Source: Penicillus capitatus (taxonomy: Eukaryota; Plantae; Chlorophyta). Taken from it: a stretch of 64,000 nucleotides of DNA. The notes under the pieces are model-generated. The model did not search any database. It was not told the DNA's origin and saw only the letters and a program-made list of their open reading frames with translations. The translations under genes and the position numbers were made by a program. The stretch is from positions 682,001 through 746,000 of the forward strand of contig OZ287695.1 in NCBI GenBank assembly GCA_965649825.1, read 5' to 3'. Positions 21,210 to 33,284 of this stretch are shown piece by piece; the stretch's first letter is position 1; each line of letters begins with the position of its first letter.

Positions 21210-23971
21210 TCAAACACGCAGGAGTTCAGTGAGCCCCTCTCGAGCTTCATCCGTGCACTTGGCGCCGCTGTAACTACAGATACGATCGAACGGAATCTTG
21301 TTAAGTGTGTTTGTGCTCTTTTTGTTTGCCCCGGCTGCTACGAGCATCTGCTCAACATAATTAAAGCGACGGTTAACGCAATTGGCGACTAACCACCTTA
21401 GCCGATTGCAGTTTGCCGTAAGAAGCTGCCACATGCAACGGAGTCCCGAAGCGTTCGCTTGAAATCATTGCTTCGATATCTGCACCGTGCTCAAGGAGGA
21501 TCTTCAAACGTCTCCATCAGCGCGGTAGTCTGACACAAGCGTAATCTTACTCTTTGAAGGTCGATGTGTTCACGAGCGGCAGTTTCGTGCAACGGAGTCC
21601 AATTGCTGTCGATGGAAGTGTTGATGGAAGCACCGGCTTCGATGAGGATCTGCATCCCGTCATCTTTTAAGTGACAAAAGAATCGAAGGCGCGATTCTGA
21701 CCCTCGCAATCTGCACAGATCCGCGGTTTGCAGCTTTGTGCAGCGGTGTGAAACCACGTTTGTCAAAAACATCAACATCAGCCCCTCCATTGACGAGAAT
21801 CTTGCTCCAATGGCTTTTAGACAAAAGGCCGAACAAATACAAGACGAACTAACCTTCGCAATCTGTATGAACCCCTTTGCAGCTGCATCAAGAAGTGGAG
21901 AGAAGCCATCACTATCCCTGAAAACATCGAGGTCTGCGCCATAGTCGACGAGATACTTTCGAAAACTTTTTAACACGAAATTCAACACAGGCGCTGAGTT
22001 TACCTTTACGATGTTGACATGGCCTTTGTAGGTTGCTATGTGAAGTGGTGTCCAGTTGCGATCGTCAAAGACATCGGTGTCTGCTCCGTGATCAAGGAGA
22101 ATCTGCTTGCACGACAGATACTATGAGACATGAAAGATGTGTCACCAACTTTTGCGACTCGAGCACTATTAGAGGTCGCGGCTTCATGCAGAGGCGTATA
22201 GCCGTTAGCGCGCGTTATGTCAATTCCAGCGTCATGCTTCATCAACACCTACAGAGTGCCGCCATCTACGAGGAGTACAAAGGAAGTGTCAGCAACCTTT
22301 GCGACTTGATCGCTGTTGAAGATCGCAGCTTCATGCAGAGGCGTATTGCCGTTGGCACTCGGGATGTCAATTCCCGCGTCGTATTTTATTAAAATCTACA
22401 GAGCACAGCCAATCACAGAGAATCGACGACTCGAGGTATGTCATTCTGCAAATGTGTGTACTCTGCACAGGAGTCGATCATACCTGAGCACACTGCGCAG
22501 CGTCAAGCGCAGCAGCTGCATGCAGCAGAGTCGAGCGATCCGATTTCGGAAGTGACTGTACGTCTTTCTGTCCGTAGGTGGCGTTGACATGGAGACCGGC
22601 CAAGATGAGGGCCTCAGCGTCAATGGAGTTGTCCGACCGCATGACGCGGAGCATCTCCTGCAAAAAGACTAACTGTCCACTATTCGACTTTAGTGCAGTT
22701 TACTTCGATCATGGCCGATTCCGAGAACAAGGCATAGTGCTTCCGCCTCTCCATCAGCTTAATCTGGTGCGTCGCAACGCAGCTGGAACGCTGCGTACAT
22801 GTGTTGAAGACAAAGAGTGAATCTCGGATCTCACATCTTGATGACAATTGATGGTCCTTTCGATCCAATCGAGGAAATAGTCGACCCTCGTGTAGATGGC
22901 AGGCTCATCTCCGGAGCAAGCGTCGGCGTCGTCCCCCGCGTAGCCGAATGACGTGACGCCGACGATCATGTCCAGCTGCGGCTTCCCATCATCCATGCTT
23001 CCATATGGAGCGTCCATCAGCAGCAGCGGACCTCCTGAATCGCCTGCCACGCAACGCGGAACGTTGCTTGTAAGAGGGTGCAGCAGGGGTCAGTCCAGAT
23101 GACCTTTGCAGGTGTCCTCGTGCAGTCCTCCACCGCAGATCCAACTCGTTGGATCCACGCCTTGGGGCTGTGTTTTGCATTTATCTTGTCCGACAACGGC
23201 AAGATGACCCGCCACCTGCAGCTTCTTCGCGACGACGCCGTCTTTAGTCAGTCCCCATCCCGTGGCGCCAAGATATTGACCCTTCTCTAGGGGAACGTAG
23301 CCCGTGCCCAATCGCGGCAGCGTCACGTCCGCGTCTCTGTCGAGCTTCAGTACAGCCACGTCGTGTCCGCGTCCGACGTCGCCTGTCCACTTGGGGTGAA
23401 TGTATCCTGCGATCGCATCAAAGACCTGCAACAACGTGGCAGGCCTTGCTTCTGTCCGCGAGTGATTCGCAGCTACCTGGTGTTCTTCCGCCTTCTTGCG
23501 GTCGTGTATTCCGCAGTAGACGATGGGCGACAGACCGACGGTGGGGCGAACGTCGGGGTCCACGCAGTGAGCCGCCGTCAGGACCCAGTCGCGTCTGAAC
23601 AGCGTCGCCCCGCACATGTGGCGGCGAGTACCACGTTCTCTCAGGCTGCATGCGTAGGGAAATCTTCCAGGCGGCGCCGTCTTTCCTCTCTGTCAACCGT
23701 TGGCCTTGGAGTTCTGCGACAAAAACGTTCGAACGCTTACCACTATCTTTCCGAAGATGGTTGTGTTCGACTCGGAGCTCAAGTCCGCGTTGTTCAAGGC
23801 TTCACAGAAGTGACCGTCGTATGAATGCAAGTGTTTTAGGTTTTCCGCACCTTGAACGTCGACGGATGCCCATGCCGTCAGCAACAGCGACTGCAGCGTC
23901 AAGTTCGTCAGCGCGATGATCCATTTCTTCGAGCTGTGTGCTTGCGCGGAAGACCGACGAAGCGCGAACAT
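21210..23971 (-). CDS. S1 serine protease-ankyrin repeat fusion, member A (trypsin-type, D189)
   Basis: Spliced by eye in frame: hydrophobic leader, IV|RG N-terminus, TAAHC, HDVAVL, EDTCKG|DSGGP, linker, ~8 ankyrin repeats, C-cap PFDRICSYSGAKC...LLRV*. Confidence 0.82.
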
Positions 23972-24499
23972 CTTCTCCAACGAGAATGACGCTTAGATGC
24001 GAAAACAGTCAACCAGTCCCGAGTCATCTGTTTTACCGAATCGATCTCAATTCACTCTTACGTTAAACGGCATCGCCTTTTCGACTTGTCTTGCCGTTCA
24101 TCTCGTCATCGCAAAAACGCGCTCGACTACTGTTCATGGCCGACAGGACCAAAACACGTGAACAATCGACTACACAAGGCAGTTTGTCACTCCTTCCGTC
24201 GTCAGTGGGTCACGTCATCTGTCCAATCTCGAGTCATCATCAGCACTAAACCCTCAGTGCGATCTCACGGTGTAGCAATTCTTCTACCCCCATCGGAACA
24301 AAAGCTCTCCTCGCACTGAAAACTTCACATCGCGACAGAGACACGGTCATCATCATCATCGAAGACACATCTCGGAGTTCTCTCGCGACATGTCTATTCT
24401 CCATCGTCCTCTCAATCGATGAAACGTTTCAATCTATCTCGATGTACTTTCAGAAGCACTTTCCTACTCGAATCATCTCAAGGAACAAGGATTCTCAGC

Positions 24500-25450
24500 C
24501 ACTCTGTCGATCACTACGTATGGGTCTGCCCAAGGTAAGCCGAATCTGGCATCGGTTCTGCTCTTCTTCTTGGAATCATGAAGGATCACTCTTTAAACCA
24601 GTTGTCATTTAGTTCATCTTTGCCATTCCTTTGCATCTGCGCCCTGCCACTGCAGTGTCACGAATCTCGGCGTCATATCGATCTTCTACAGTATGGAGTT
24701 CATCGACAAGTCTTCATCGCCCAGCATCGTCAGTAAACCGATGTCTGCAGCTTCTGTCACGAGCATCAACACGTTAATGCTTCTTTCTTTTGCCTTGCTG
24801 GGTCTCTCGGCTGAACGCCATTAGCACGTTGTCTGACGATGTCTTGAGAAGCAAATGATGCAACGTTCAGACGGCATAGAGTCAGTACGCGATGGAGGTT
24901 AATACACCAATTTGCCTTGTTCTCCACCTTTGTTCTGGATATCCTCAACCAGAGTCCGATTGCATCTCTGGACCATCATCCCGTTGATTTGTCAGTGCGC
25001 TAGATGTCAAAAGTCGAGCTCATTGCTGCAAAGTATCTCCTGCAAAGAATCCTGCGCAAAGCTCGAAGCTTGATCAGCAGGTAAGAGACTCAGCTTGCCA
25101 ACACGTGATGCTGTCTCCGTCCTCGGCACCGCCTCCGCATTGGCTGCTATGCAATCGATTGTAATGGACGCTTCTGGTCATCTCGTGTGCAGGTAGATGA
25201 AGTTGACTGTACAATTGCTTCTCCGCCTTGTCACCGGCAACGGTCCGATGAAATCTGCCGTGAGGACCTTGAATGGCTCGACAACGACGTATTTCTTGCA
25301 GTTGCTTGATCGTGAGGTTGTTGACTTGGCCGACACATTCAACACATCTCTCCTGTTTCCGCACAGTCGCCACACAACTTCGGCCCCCAGTATTCACTCA
25401 TGATATGCAGCCGTTCTCTTGGGACAAATGTACCCGACTTCGCGAGCCAC
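24500..25450 (-). pseudogene. Decayed Ty3/gypsy integrase fragment
   Basis: PFKVLTADFIGPLPVT, an NG...RCNRTL segment and a GPY-like segment, broken by stops and frameshifts; no LTRs seen. Confidence 0.7.
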
Positions 25451-26660
25451 TGTTATGATCTTCCGACTACGGGAATCGCAAGAAACGCAAGACGGTCGCC
25501 TTCCTGGAGACGTATCGAATTCTGAGAAAAAGTGGTTGTTAGCAACGATGGTGTTGTTCCTGACTCGGGCTGCCTTCCTCCAGGCGCGGAGAAGAAACTG
25601 TCTCAAATGAGTGATCGGTTGTTGAGAATGAGAAGATCCGGTTGCGAGCAAGAGGGTGGTGTCTTGGATGTCGATGATTCTGGATAAGATGATCGCGGAA
25701 ACGTTAGATCAGGGGACGGCTCTCTAAAGCTCTTCGATCCGCCTGAAAAAAAAGATCTATCTATCGTCTTTGGAAACGTTTAGCAACACAAGTCGCGTTG
25801 TGGACGTTCTGTTTTCACGTTTCGAAAGAATTGCATCATAAGACATCAAGTTGTTAGATACGATCGACGATTTTGAACAGACCTGCACTGTCAGAGCCGT
25901 TCACCGTTTCTGGAGATCGAACATGGGATTCAAATTTTAGTCTCCGGCATCTCAGATGCAGAAGATCAGCTACCGACTGTCTGACTGAGGTGGTGTCAGA
26001 ATCCCAGATTCACTGTCGAAGTGTAAGCCCATCGATCAGGGTGCGCCGCCTCTTTAAGAACATTTGTTTTCGTTAAGGAGACCGCTCTTTATACGAATGT
26101 GCTTAATGTAATGTAATGACGGGATACATTCCTTTGCAAAGATGTCTAGAGATAAGGATGCAGCTTAAAATGATCATTGAGTCTAACCGAATGGAAGTTC
26201 AGACTTCACAGTGAAAGACACAGCGAAGACTTTTCTGAACTCTGGAGACGTGCCACGCAATCATTTCCACAACAAGCATAAATAATGTGACCTTAATACG
26301 ATATGTTACTCGATGACAGAAAGAGTTAGAATGTCGTCATTGCCATCAATAAACAGACGATGTTAAAATGCAACAGATGTTTCGCTTTCGGTTTCGATCC
26401 TAAGATTTTCTCGGGCACTGCGTGCACAGCATTTGACAACAATCGATATTCGATAATAGACACGCCGGTCCTAACGAACCTCTCTCCTGAATAGAGGAAA
26501 TCAATCGTTTAGGTTCGTTCCCCTTTCGCCTGACTTAAATGTTTGATAACTACTCGTCACTCGTCGCAAACCATGGAGGCACAGTAACAATGAAATCAGC
26601 AAAGGTGTAAACAGTTGCTCTACTGGAATCTTTAATAGTGAGGCTTCGTTAGACGGCTCC

Positions 26661-29343
26661 TCATGGACGCAGGAGTGTCTTGAGTGAAGATCGTGTCGAT
26701 TCAGAACACCTACTGTCTGTAGGAGGACAAATAACATCAAAAGGAGTTTCTCCCTTGTCGTTAGTTATCGTTTTCGAAGCTCCGGCATCGACCAGAATCT
26801 GTAACACAAGATTAAATTTCGAGATGGTGCCTCTGACTTGCCTCTGCCATCTCAAACTGACCATACCATGCTGCAAGGTGGAGCGGCGTGTCTCCATCGT
26901 CATTGACCAAGTTGACATCGGCATCTGCTTCGACCAACAACTGTAATAGACAAGGTGGAAAGGCAGACAGAAGCAAATTGGACGATTGCACCTTTACAAT
27001 CTCAGGCTCGATACGTTCCACGGCTACACGAAGTGGCGTATTTCCGTTCCGCCCGACGACATCGACCTTTGCTCCGTGCTCAATAAGGATCTAACAGTCG
27101 ACAGATTTTTCCAATGAGGTAATGAAGTGAATGAGCGAGAGACCTTGACCACTTTTACGTGTCTCAGTGACACTGCAGACAATAGAGGAGTATGTTCATA
27201 GGTATTGATGTTGTTGGTCTTTGCTCCGTGTTCAAGGAGTACCTATCCAGGCACTTGTCAAGAAATGCGGGAGCACATCATAACTCGCCTGTACAGTTTC
27301 CGGGTCTCCTTGGAACACAGCCTCGTGCAAGGGCGTTTGTCCCCTCTCATCAACTGCGTTTATGTCAGCGTCGTGATCCAGAAGAACCTGAGAACAAACG
27401 TCGGAGCAGACGGCTGGGATCGCGTTGTAAATTCACCTTCACCGTCTTTGTGTGTCGTCCGTACTTTACTGCCACATGCAAAGGTGTCAGTTTGTCGGTA
27501 CCGATGTCGTTGGCGAGCTTGTCAACAACTGCGCCATATTCCAGAAGAACCTTCAGATTGCAAGCACAAGGAGTCAGTGGACAAAGAACGACGTGTCTCA
27601 ACTCTGTAATTCAGAATGGATTCAGAGAAGCGCACTACCTCAATGCATTCTAACGCATTGTAAGTCGCCGACCAGTGCAACAAAGCAAAGCGGCCCTGTG
27701 AATGGACTGTAGTCGCCCCCCGTTGTACAGTAAATGCGGACTCGTAGAAAGAATCTGGATCAAGTTTCTCCAGCAAAGCGGCTTCCAACTTCATGGCATT
27801 ATCATGTCTTATGGAGATCACCGCTTCCTACAGAACCGTCTGTCTATTCACAGCGATCGTCATGTCGACGCAACCTTAATCAGCTCTTTCTGCGACAGTC
27901 CTGTAAGAAGTTTGCGCTCTTCTTCAATTTTCTGCTCCTCTGCCGGTTCCCTTTTCGTTTTCTCCTCTGCCGGTTCCCTTTTCGTTTTCTCCTCTGCCGG
28001 TTCCCTTTTCGTTTTCTTCTCTGTCGGTTCCCTTTTCGTTTTCTTCTCTGTCGGTTCCCTTTTCGTTTTCTTCTCTGTCGGTTCCCTTTTCGTTTTCTTC
28101 TCTGTCGGTTCCCTTTTCGTTTTCTTCTCTGTCGGGCGCTCTGTCTTTGGAATTCGTGTATCGCCTTTTCCATCTGCCGAAGGTGATTTGCGTGATTGTG
28201 GTCGATCTTTTTTCTGTTCGAGAAGATCAGACAGAAAGAAGCAAATGCGGAATACAGTTCACCTCTGAATCTTCGCCGATTTTCTCTTGAATCCAGTCCC
28301 AGAATGCACCGATACTTGTGTAGACGGACGGCGATTTAGCATCATCACAGTCTTCAGATCCCATAGACGTCACTCCGACAAGCAGGTCGAATTTTGGTTT
28401 CCCAGATGCGATGCTGCCTCCAAATCTGTTAGGAATCAACAGTGGACCGCCAGAATCACCTTCAACAGAGGAAGCTTGGCAGAGAGTAATGCTGTCAAGT
28501 ATTTAACCTTTGCAGGTGTTCTCACGCATTAGTCCAGCACAAATTGAGTGCTTCTTGATTGCTACGTTTAGAAGATCTTCGCATTCGCCATGTTTTACGT
28601 ATAACAGGTTTTCCGCCATCTGTAGTGAATTCGGAAGCTTTCCAGCATCGTCCAGTCCCCAACCCAGAGCAGTAAACACTTTCCCCCCGGGGAATTCTCC
28701 TTCCTGTGAATCTATCGACGGCAGTGTGAGATTTGCTTCTTCGCCTAATCTGACGACAGCGATATCGTATCCGTCGTTCACATCGCCCGTCCAAGATTCG
28801 GGCCAATAACTTTCCTCTCCACTAAACACCTAACAACCTTCCATCTTGGAAAAAAAGCGAATAGAGATGAAGAGGTTACTTTGTCGGGCTCGTCTGTGTC
28901 GAGGTCGTGAATGCCGCAACGAATAAGCGGATTTCTGCCGAGGCTTAACGGACAGGCAGGGTCGACGCAATGCGCGGCTGTGACGATCCACTGCTGTCGA
29001 ATGAGTGTTCCACCGCAGCGGTGAAATCCATCCTCTCGCGCCGAAAGACTGCAAACGTAGGGGAACCGTCCCTTGGGTGCCTCTTTACCCTGCGACAAGA
29101 ATGAGTGTTAAAACCTGAACTCGTTTGTGCTGCACAAACTCACGATGATGTAGGGAGCGAGTCGCGTCTTAGAGGCCGATGCTTCTGGACCGTTAACACA
29201 TAGACACGCGTCGGAAATTCCAAGCTGGCGATATTTTGTGTACCGTTTTTCTCTCGACATGGTGCTAGGTTGAAATGCATGAGAAGAAGTAGCAGAAAGA
29301 AATGATACCCGACTCGACAACGAGAAACAGAGAAAAGCTTCAT
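26661..29343 (-). CDS. S1 serine protease-ankyrin repeat fusion, member B (N189; a 1-nt frame discrepancy near 28208-28213)
   Basis: Signal peptide, II|GK, TAAHC, YDIAVV, ENTCKG|DSGGP, charged 9-aa repeat linker, ankyrin exons, C-cap PFDVICPPTDSRC...LLRP*. Fusion needs +1 nt in an A6 run or a different splice site. Confidence 0.72.
27936..28135. repeat. 27-bp tandem repeat, ~7.4 units of two variants (minus strand: EPTEKKTKR / EPAEEKTKR)
   Basis: Units start at 27936, 27963, 27990, 28017, 28044, 28071, 28098, with a partial unit at 28125. Confidence 0.93.
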
Positions 29344-32300
29344 GCTAGCGGAAATTGTGTTCTGCAGCAGTGGCGGGCGCTTGAGTAATGCGGGCAATTG
29401 ATTCATTACAGTACCTCTAGCCGTCCGGAGATAGCTGGCCGTTGAAAGAGACGGGACGGTTCGTATCCCTCCTTTATTGACGTGGTTTAGCTGAGTGCTG
29501 CTGACGTGTACAGGCGACTAAGTTCTTCCGAGCTGCTTCTGTATACAGATTTCTCTGAGGTGCTGTCAGATCAATCCAGTCTTCGCATAAACATCCTGGA
29601 CGAAAACTGCTTGCAGTTCCAGGCCGTCCGAGATTGGATACTAAACAAAGACTGTCGACAATGCAGCAGACAGAACCTCTTGGGAATTAAGAGCTCATGT
29701 CAATGACAGTCAGTGTGCAGCTGTCATGCAAACTTCCCCCATCAACAGTGCGTGTCTCTTCCAGGTAAACTCCACAACGCAGCATTCCACAGAAATGGCA
29801 GTTTCACAGAGATCGCAGAAAGATAAATGCCACAATTAACGCAGAAGAGAGAGCCACGATCGCCTTGTCGACCATGGAGGGAGACTAGAGCAGAGGAAGA
29901 TGGAAAAAGCCAACATGCTTCAAAATCGCCAGATCCTCCAGTTCATGTTCTTCTTCAGTACTCTAGGACATGTAAAATGTGAGGTTAGGCAAAGCAGAGA
30001 CATGGACTGGATTGACTCGGCTGAGGCCGCTCTGTCATACATCTGTCGTATCGAGGCCAGTTAAATGTACAGTCACCTCTGTTTGTTCAAGTCGATTCCT
30101 TCCGGCGTCAGTCACGTCGTCATTCGTTACGAACGACGTTAAGAGCGTGGATGGTCGTGCAGCTGCAGCCGCACTCTTCTATCAATTCCAATTCGATTTT
30201 GAGGGTCCATTCGCCGCCGTCTTCATCGGAAGAGGCAGAGATCAGACGAATCTTGTATGTGGATAGAACTCTCATAAAGAGTGAGAAAGTCGAAGAGGCA
30301 GAAACCCACCGACTGACGGAACAAATCCTGCATAAACATCCAACACGCGCAAACTACTGACACTCGAAGGAGAGTGTTGAACTGTGCGGGTGATCTGATA
30401 AGGGTCACCGTCGCACGAGATTACCTGCGTTAAAGTATCGTGATTTCTTAGGCCACGGCTTGTTTTACGAAGGCGAAGGCATATATCGCCAGAAATGCAG
30501 AAATCGCAATGCATCTGGCTGCCGCGGATCACCAGTAAGGGAATCAATTCCCAATCATGTCTCGAACTTGTGCAGAGAGTCTGTGATCTAAAGCCAGAAA
30601 ACAGAGTTCAGTGACATGGTTTTTTATACGAGAAATGCTCAGGAATTCAAGACGACGTTGACAGGAATGCTCATTGATCTAGAAACGCATCTAAAGAACA
30701 AAGATACTCTTTCTCACGAATCGTAAAGCGGTGCTGCAAGTGAAGACTGTGAAGAAGGACAAAAAAGCGATAAGCAGATTTCCAGGAAGCACTGAAGGTT
30801 CATTCATCCCAGATCCTCTCCAGCTCAGAATCCCAGCAGGTAAGCAACGTTTTCATTGCACCGATGAAGGATTTAAGCATTGCTACGTTGAAAAGTCCAT
30901 GGAGTACTACAAGATGATATTTGAAGAAGACTCCTCCCATGTCATGGCATGGGACAACATAGAGGCATTCACTTCGACCGCCTCCAGTTTCGTGGTTCCC
31001 TCCGCCGACATCGCTAGGCACTGGCAGTGCAGCTAGACTCAGACAAGCTGCGACATATGAGACAGCGATTCGTTTCAACAGGCGTCTGTCGGAGGTCCAC
31101 AACAACTCGGCGTCATCTACAAGGATGATGGACAGAGATCAGAAGGCGATTCAGTGTTAGCAGAATGCCCTTTCCCTCTAGCCCAACTTCGCCATGGTGC
31201 CTCTCTTCGAACGAAGTATCTCGAACAGACGAGTGGTTGTTCCCAGAGTCTGAGCAATCTGCGACTGCTCTCTGCCATGCAAGGACAGGCGGCAGCGGTC
31301 ATCGGCAACATCAAGTCTGCCATTCAGTCCAATCTGCAGTACTTCGAAGTCTACAACAATCTGGGCGTCGTTCAGAAGGATATCGGTCTACTTGCCGTCC
31401 ATGCAAACCAAAGAACACCTGTACCTGTACTCGCTGAGGGACATCATTAGTCTGGACCCGTGGCGGTATAATGGCAAGCCACCATTCCCTGCAGGATCTT
31501 CGTCCGCAGTTTTCTTCCAGTGTGGGGACCACCGCAACGTGCGAGAGCTTCTTCATGGGCGTTGCCTGATTGACGATGGCCGAAAGGTGCCACGGGCAGA
31601 ACGTCGGAGTGAGCCTGATCTATGCGGCGGGTTTAGATGAGAACTGGATTGCCACTCCGATGGAAGACCTCAAGCATCGTGCCGTCGGGAAGAAAACATC
31701 CGATTTCGAGGCCCTGTCCAATCTGCACATGCATCTGCGCGTTCAGATGTTCAGTTCTGAGCTCTTCAGTGCCAGAGGACATGTGCAGCGCCTCCAATAC
31801 GAATGCAGCAAGATGAAAGAAATGGATAGAGATGAATGCATGATCGCGTTAAAATATTCGATCTAGAGATTCTTCTCTGTTGCCAAATTCCGTCTGACGA
31901 TTCGAACTACTTCCCGTCGCTCCGTCTTCGAGTTGAGCAACGACAACCGTTCTCCTTGCATCCTAAGTCAAGAGTCCCTCCCTCCATTTTCGTCATGGTT
32001 CGCCCACTACACAGCTGCATCCCAATTTCCTCGACACCGCCGCCGAACGACTGTTTGTTCTAGACGGTGTCGAAGAGAGTGCAGGGCGCCAAGAACGATA
32101 AATTCCACGGTCACCGTCGAGGACACCCGATCATCTCGACTGTCGAGGTAGGAGACTCCCCGCCGAGGAGCAAGTCTCAATTCTGCGGTTGTTCTTCAGA
32201 AGAAGCGCTTTCCGGTTGGCCCAGTGGTCCTGGGGTTCTTCATTTTCGTGGTAGTTGGGTCAGGTAGGCAGCCATGATGGGACGGAACGGTATGACTGAA

Positions 32301-33284
32301 TTCGTGTGATGTGCCGCAGCGTTGTTGCAGACGCTGAGAACGACGGGAGCTTTCTGATGCAAAGCTCAGAGTATTGGGAATAATCACTCACGACGATTCA
32401 TCTGTGTGTGTCTGGATCTGTGCTGAGCAATGTCGGCGAGGTCTCTTTCAGTCCATGTGTGAGGTGTCGAAAACAGCCGTTTGTTACAATTTCGACAAGT
32501 GATTATTTCCAGCGATAAGATGAACGTTTGATGTCGACGACCTTTTGTCTTCTTCTCTGAAATGTTCATCGGCTATCGGCGGCGTCCTGCGTAAGAGCCG
32601 GTTATACGGGTTTTGGAAGAGAGCGAGACTAGACTGGGTCGATGTGTCGACGTTTCCGCGACGACGATGATGTGACAGGCAGCTAAGGGGGCTCTCTCTT
32701 TCTGTCGATGCGCTATCAACGTCTTTTCGCCTTGATGTCGAAAGCTTTGCGCCTTTCCTTCGATGACATTGACGAGACGAGTGGACCCTTTTCTTTAACC
32801 GTTAGCTTTTTGACTACTGCGAGCCGTTGGAAGAGAAACGCTCATTAAAGCTTGACTTCGAAGGACAGATTTTAGTCATCATATCACACATGAACTGCGA
32901 GGTTCAACACCTGGCCTCGAATGCAGTACGGCCAGATAGATAACCATTCTTCGATCCTTCCTTATTTTTCATGTATGGTGTTTGCCGCCACACTCAGAAA
33001 GATCCGCCTACGATCGATTCTTTGCGCCAGAATCTTGAAACTTGTCGACAGCGCTTTGCATCGAGGAAACAGAAAAAAAACAAAAAGATAAGCTAATGAC
33101 AGCAAGCGACGCATTAAACGACGAACCAGGTAACAAGGCCGATTGAGAAAGGTCACTTTCGAAAAGGAATGCACGGGTACTAAGAGTCGCTTTCTATTTC
33201 AGAGCATTCCAGTAACAGCAGAGCGCGCCTAATACGGGCATCTGAGAAACACGTAGAGCAACGAAGGCGTCCACTCACTTGAGA

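Noticed and set aside
27702-28268. Plus-strand hydrophobic repeat ORF (SSAGSLFVF/FSVGSLFVF) and the Arg-rich minus-frame ORF
   Set aside because: Frame artefacts of the 27-bp array lying inside member B.
30272-31866. Coding-like fragments, possibly F-box/LRR on the minus strand and an unknown gene on the plus strand
   Set aside because: No consistent spliced model or recognisable domain could be built by eye.
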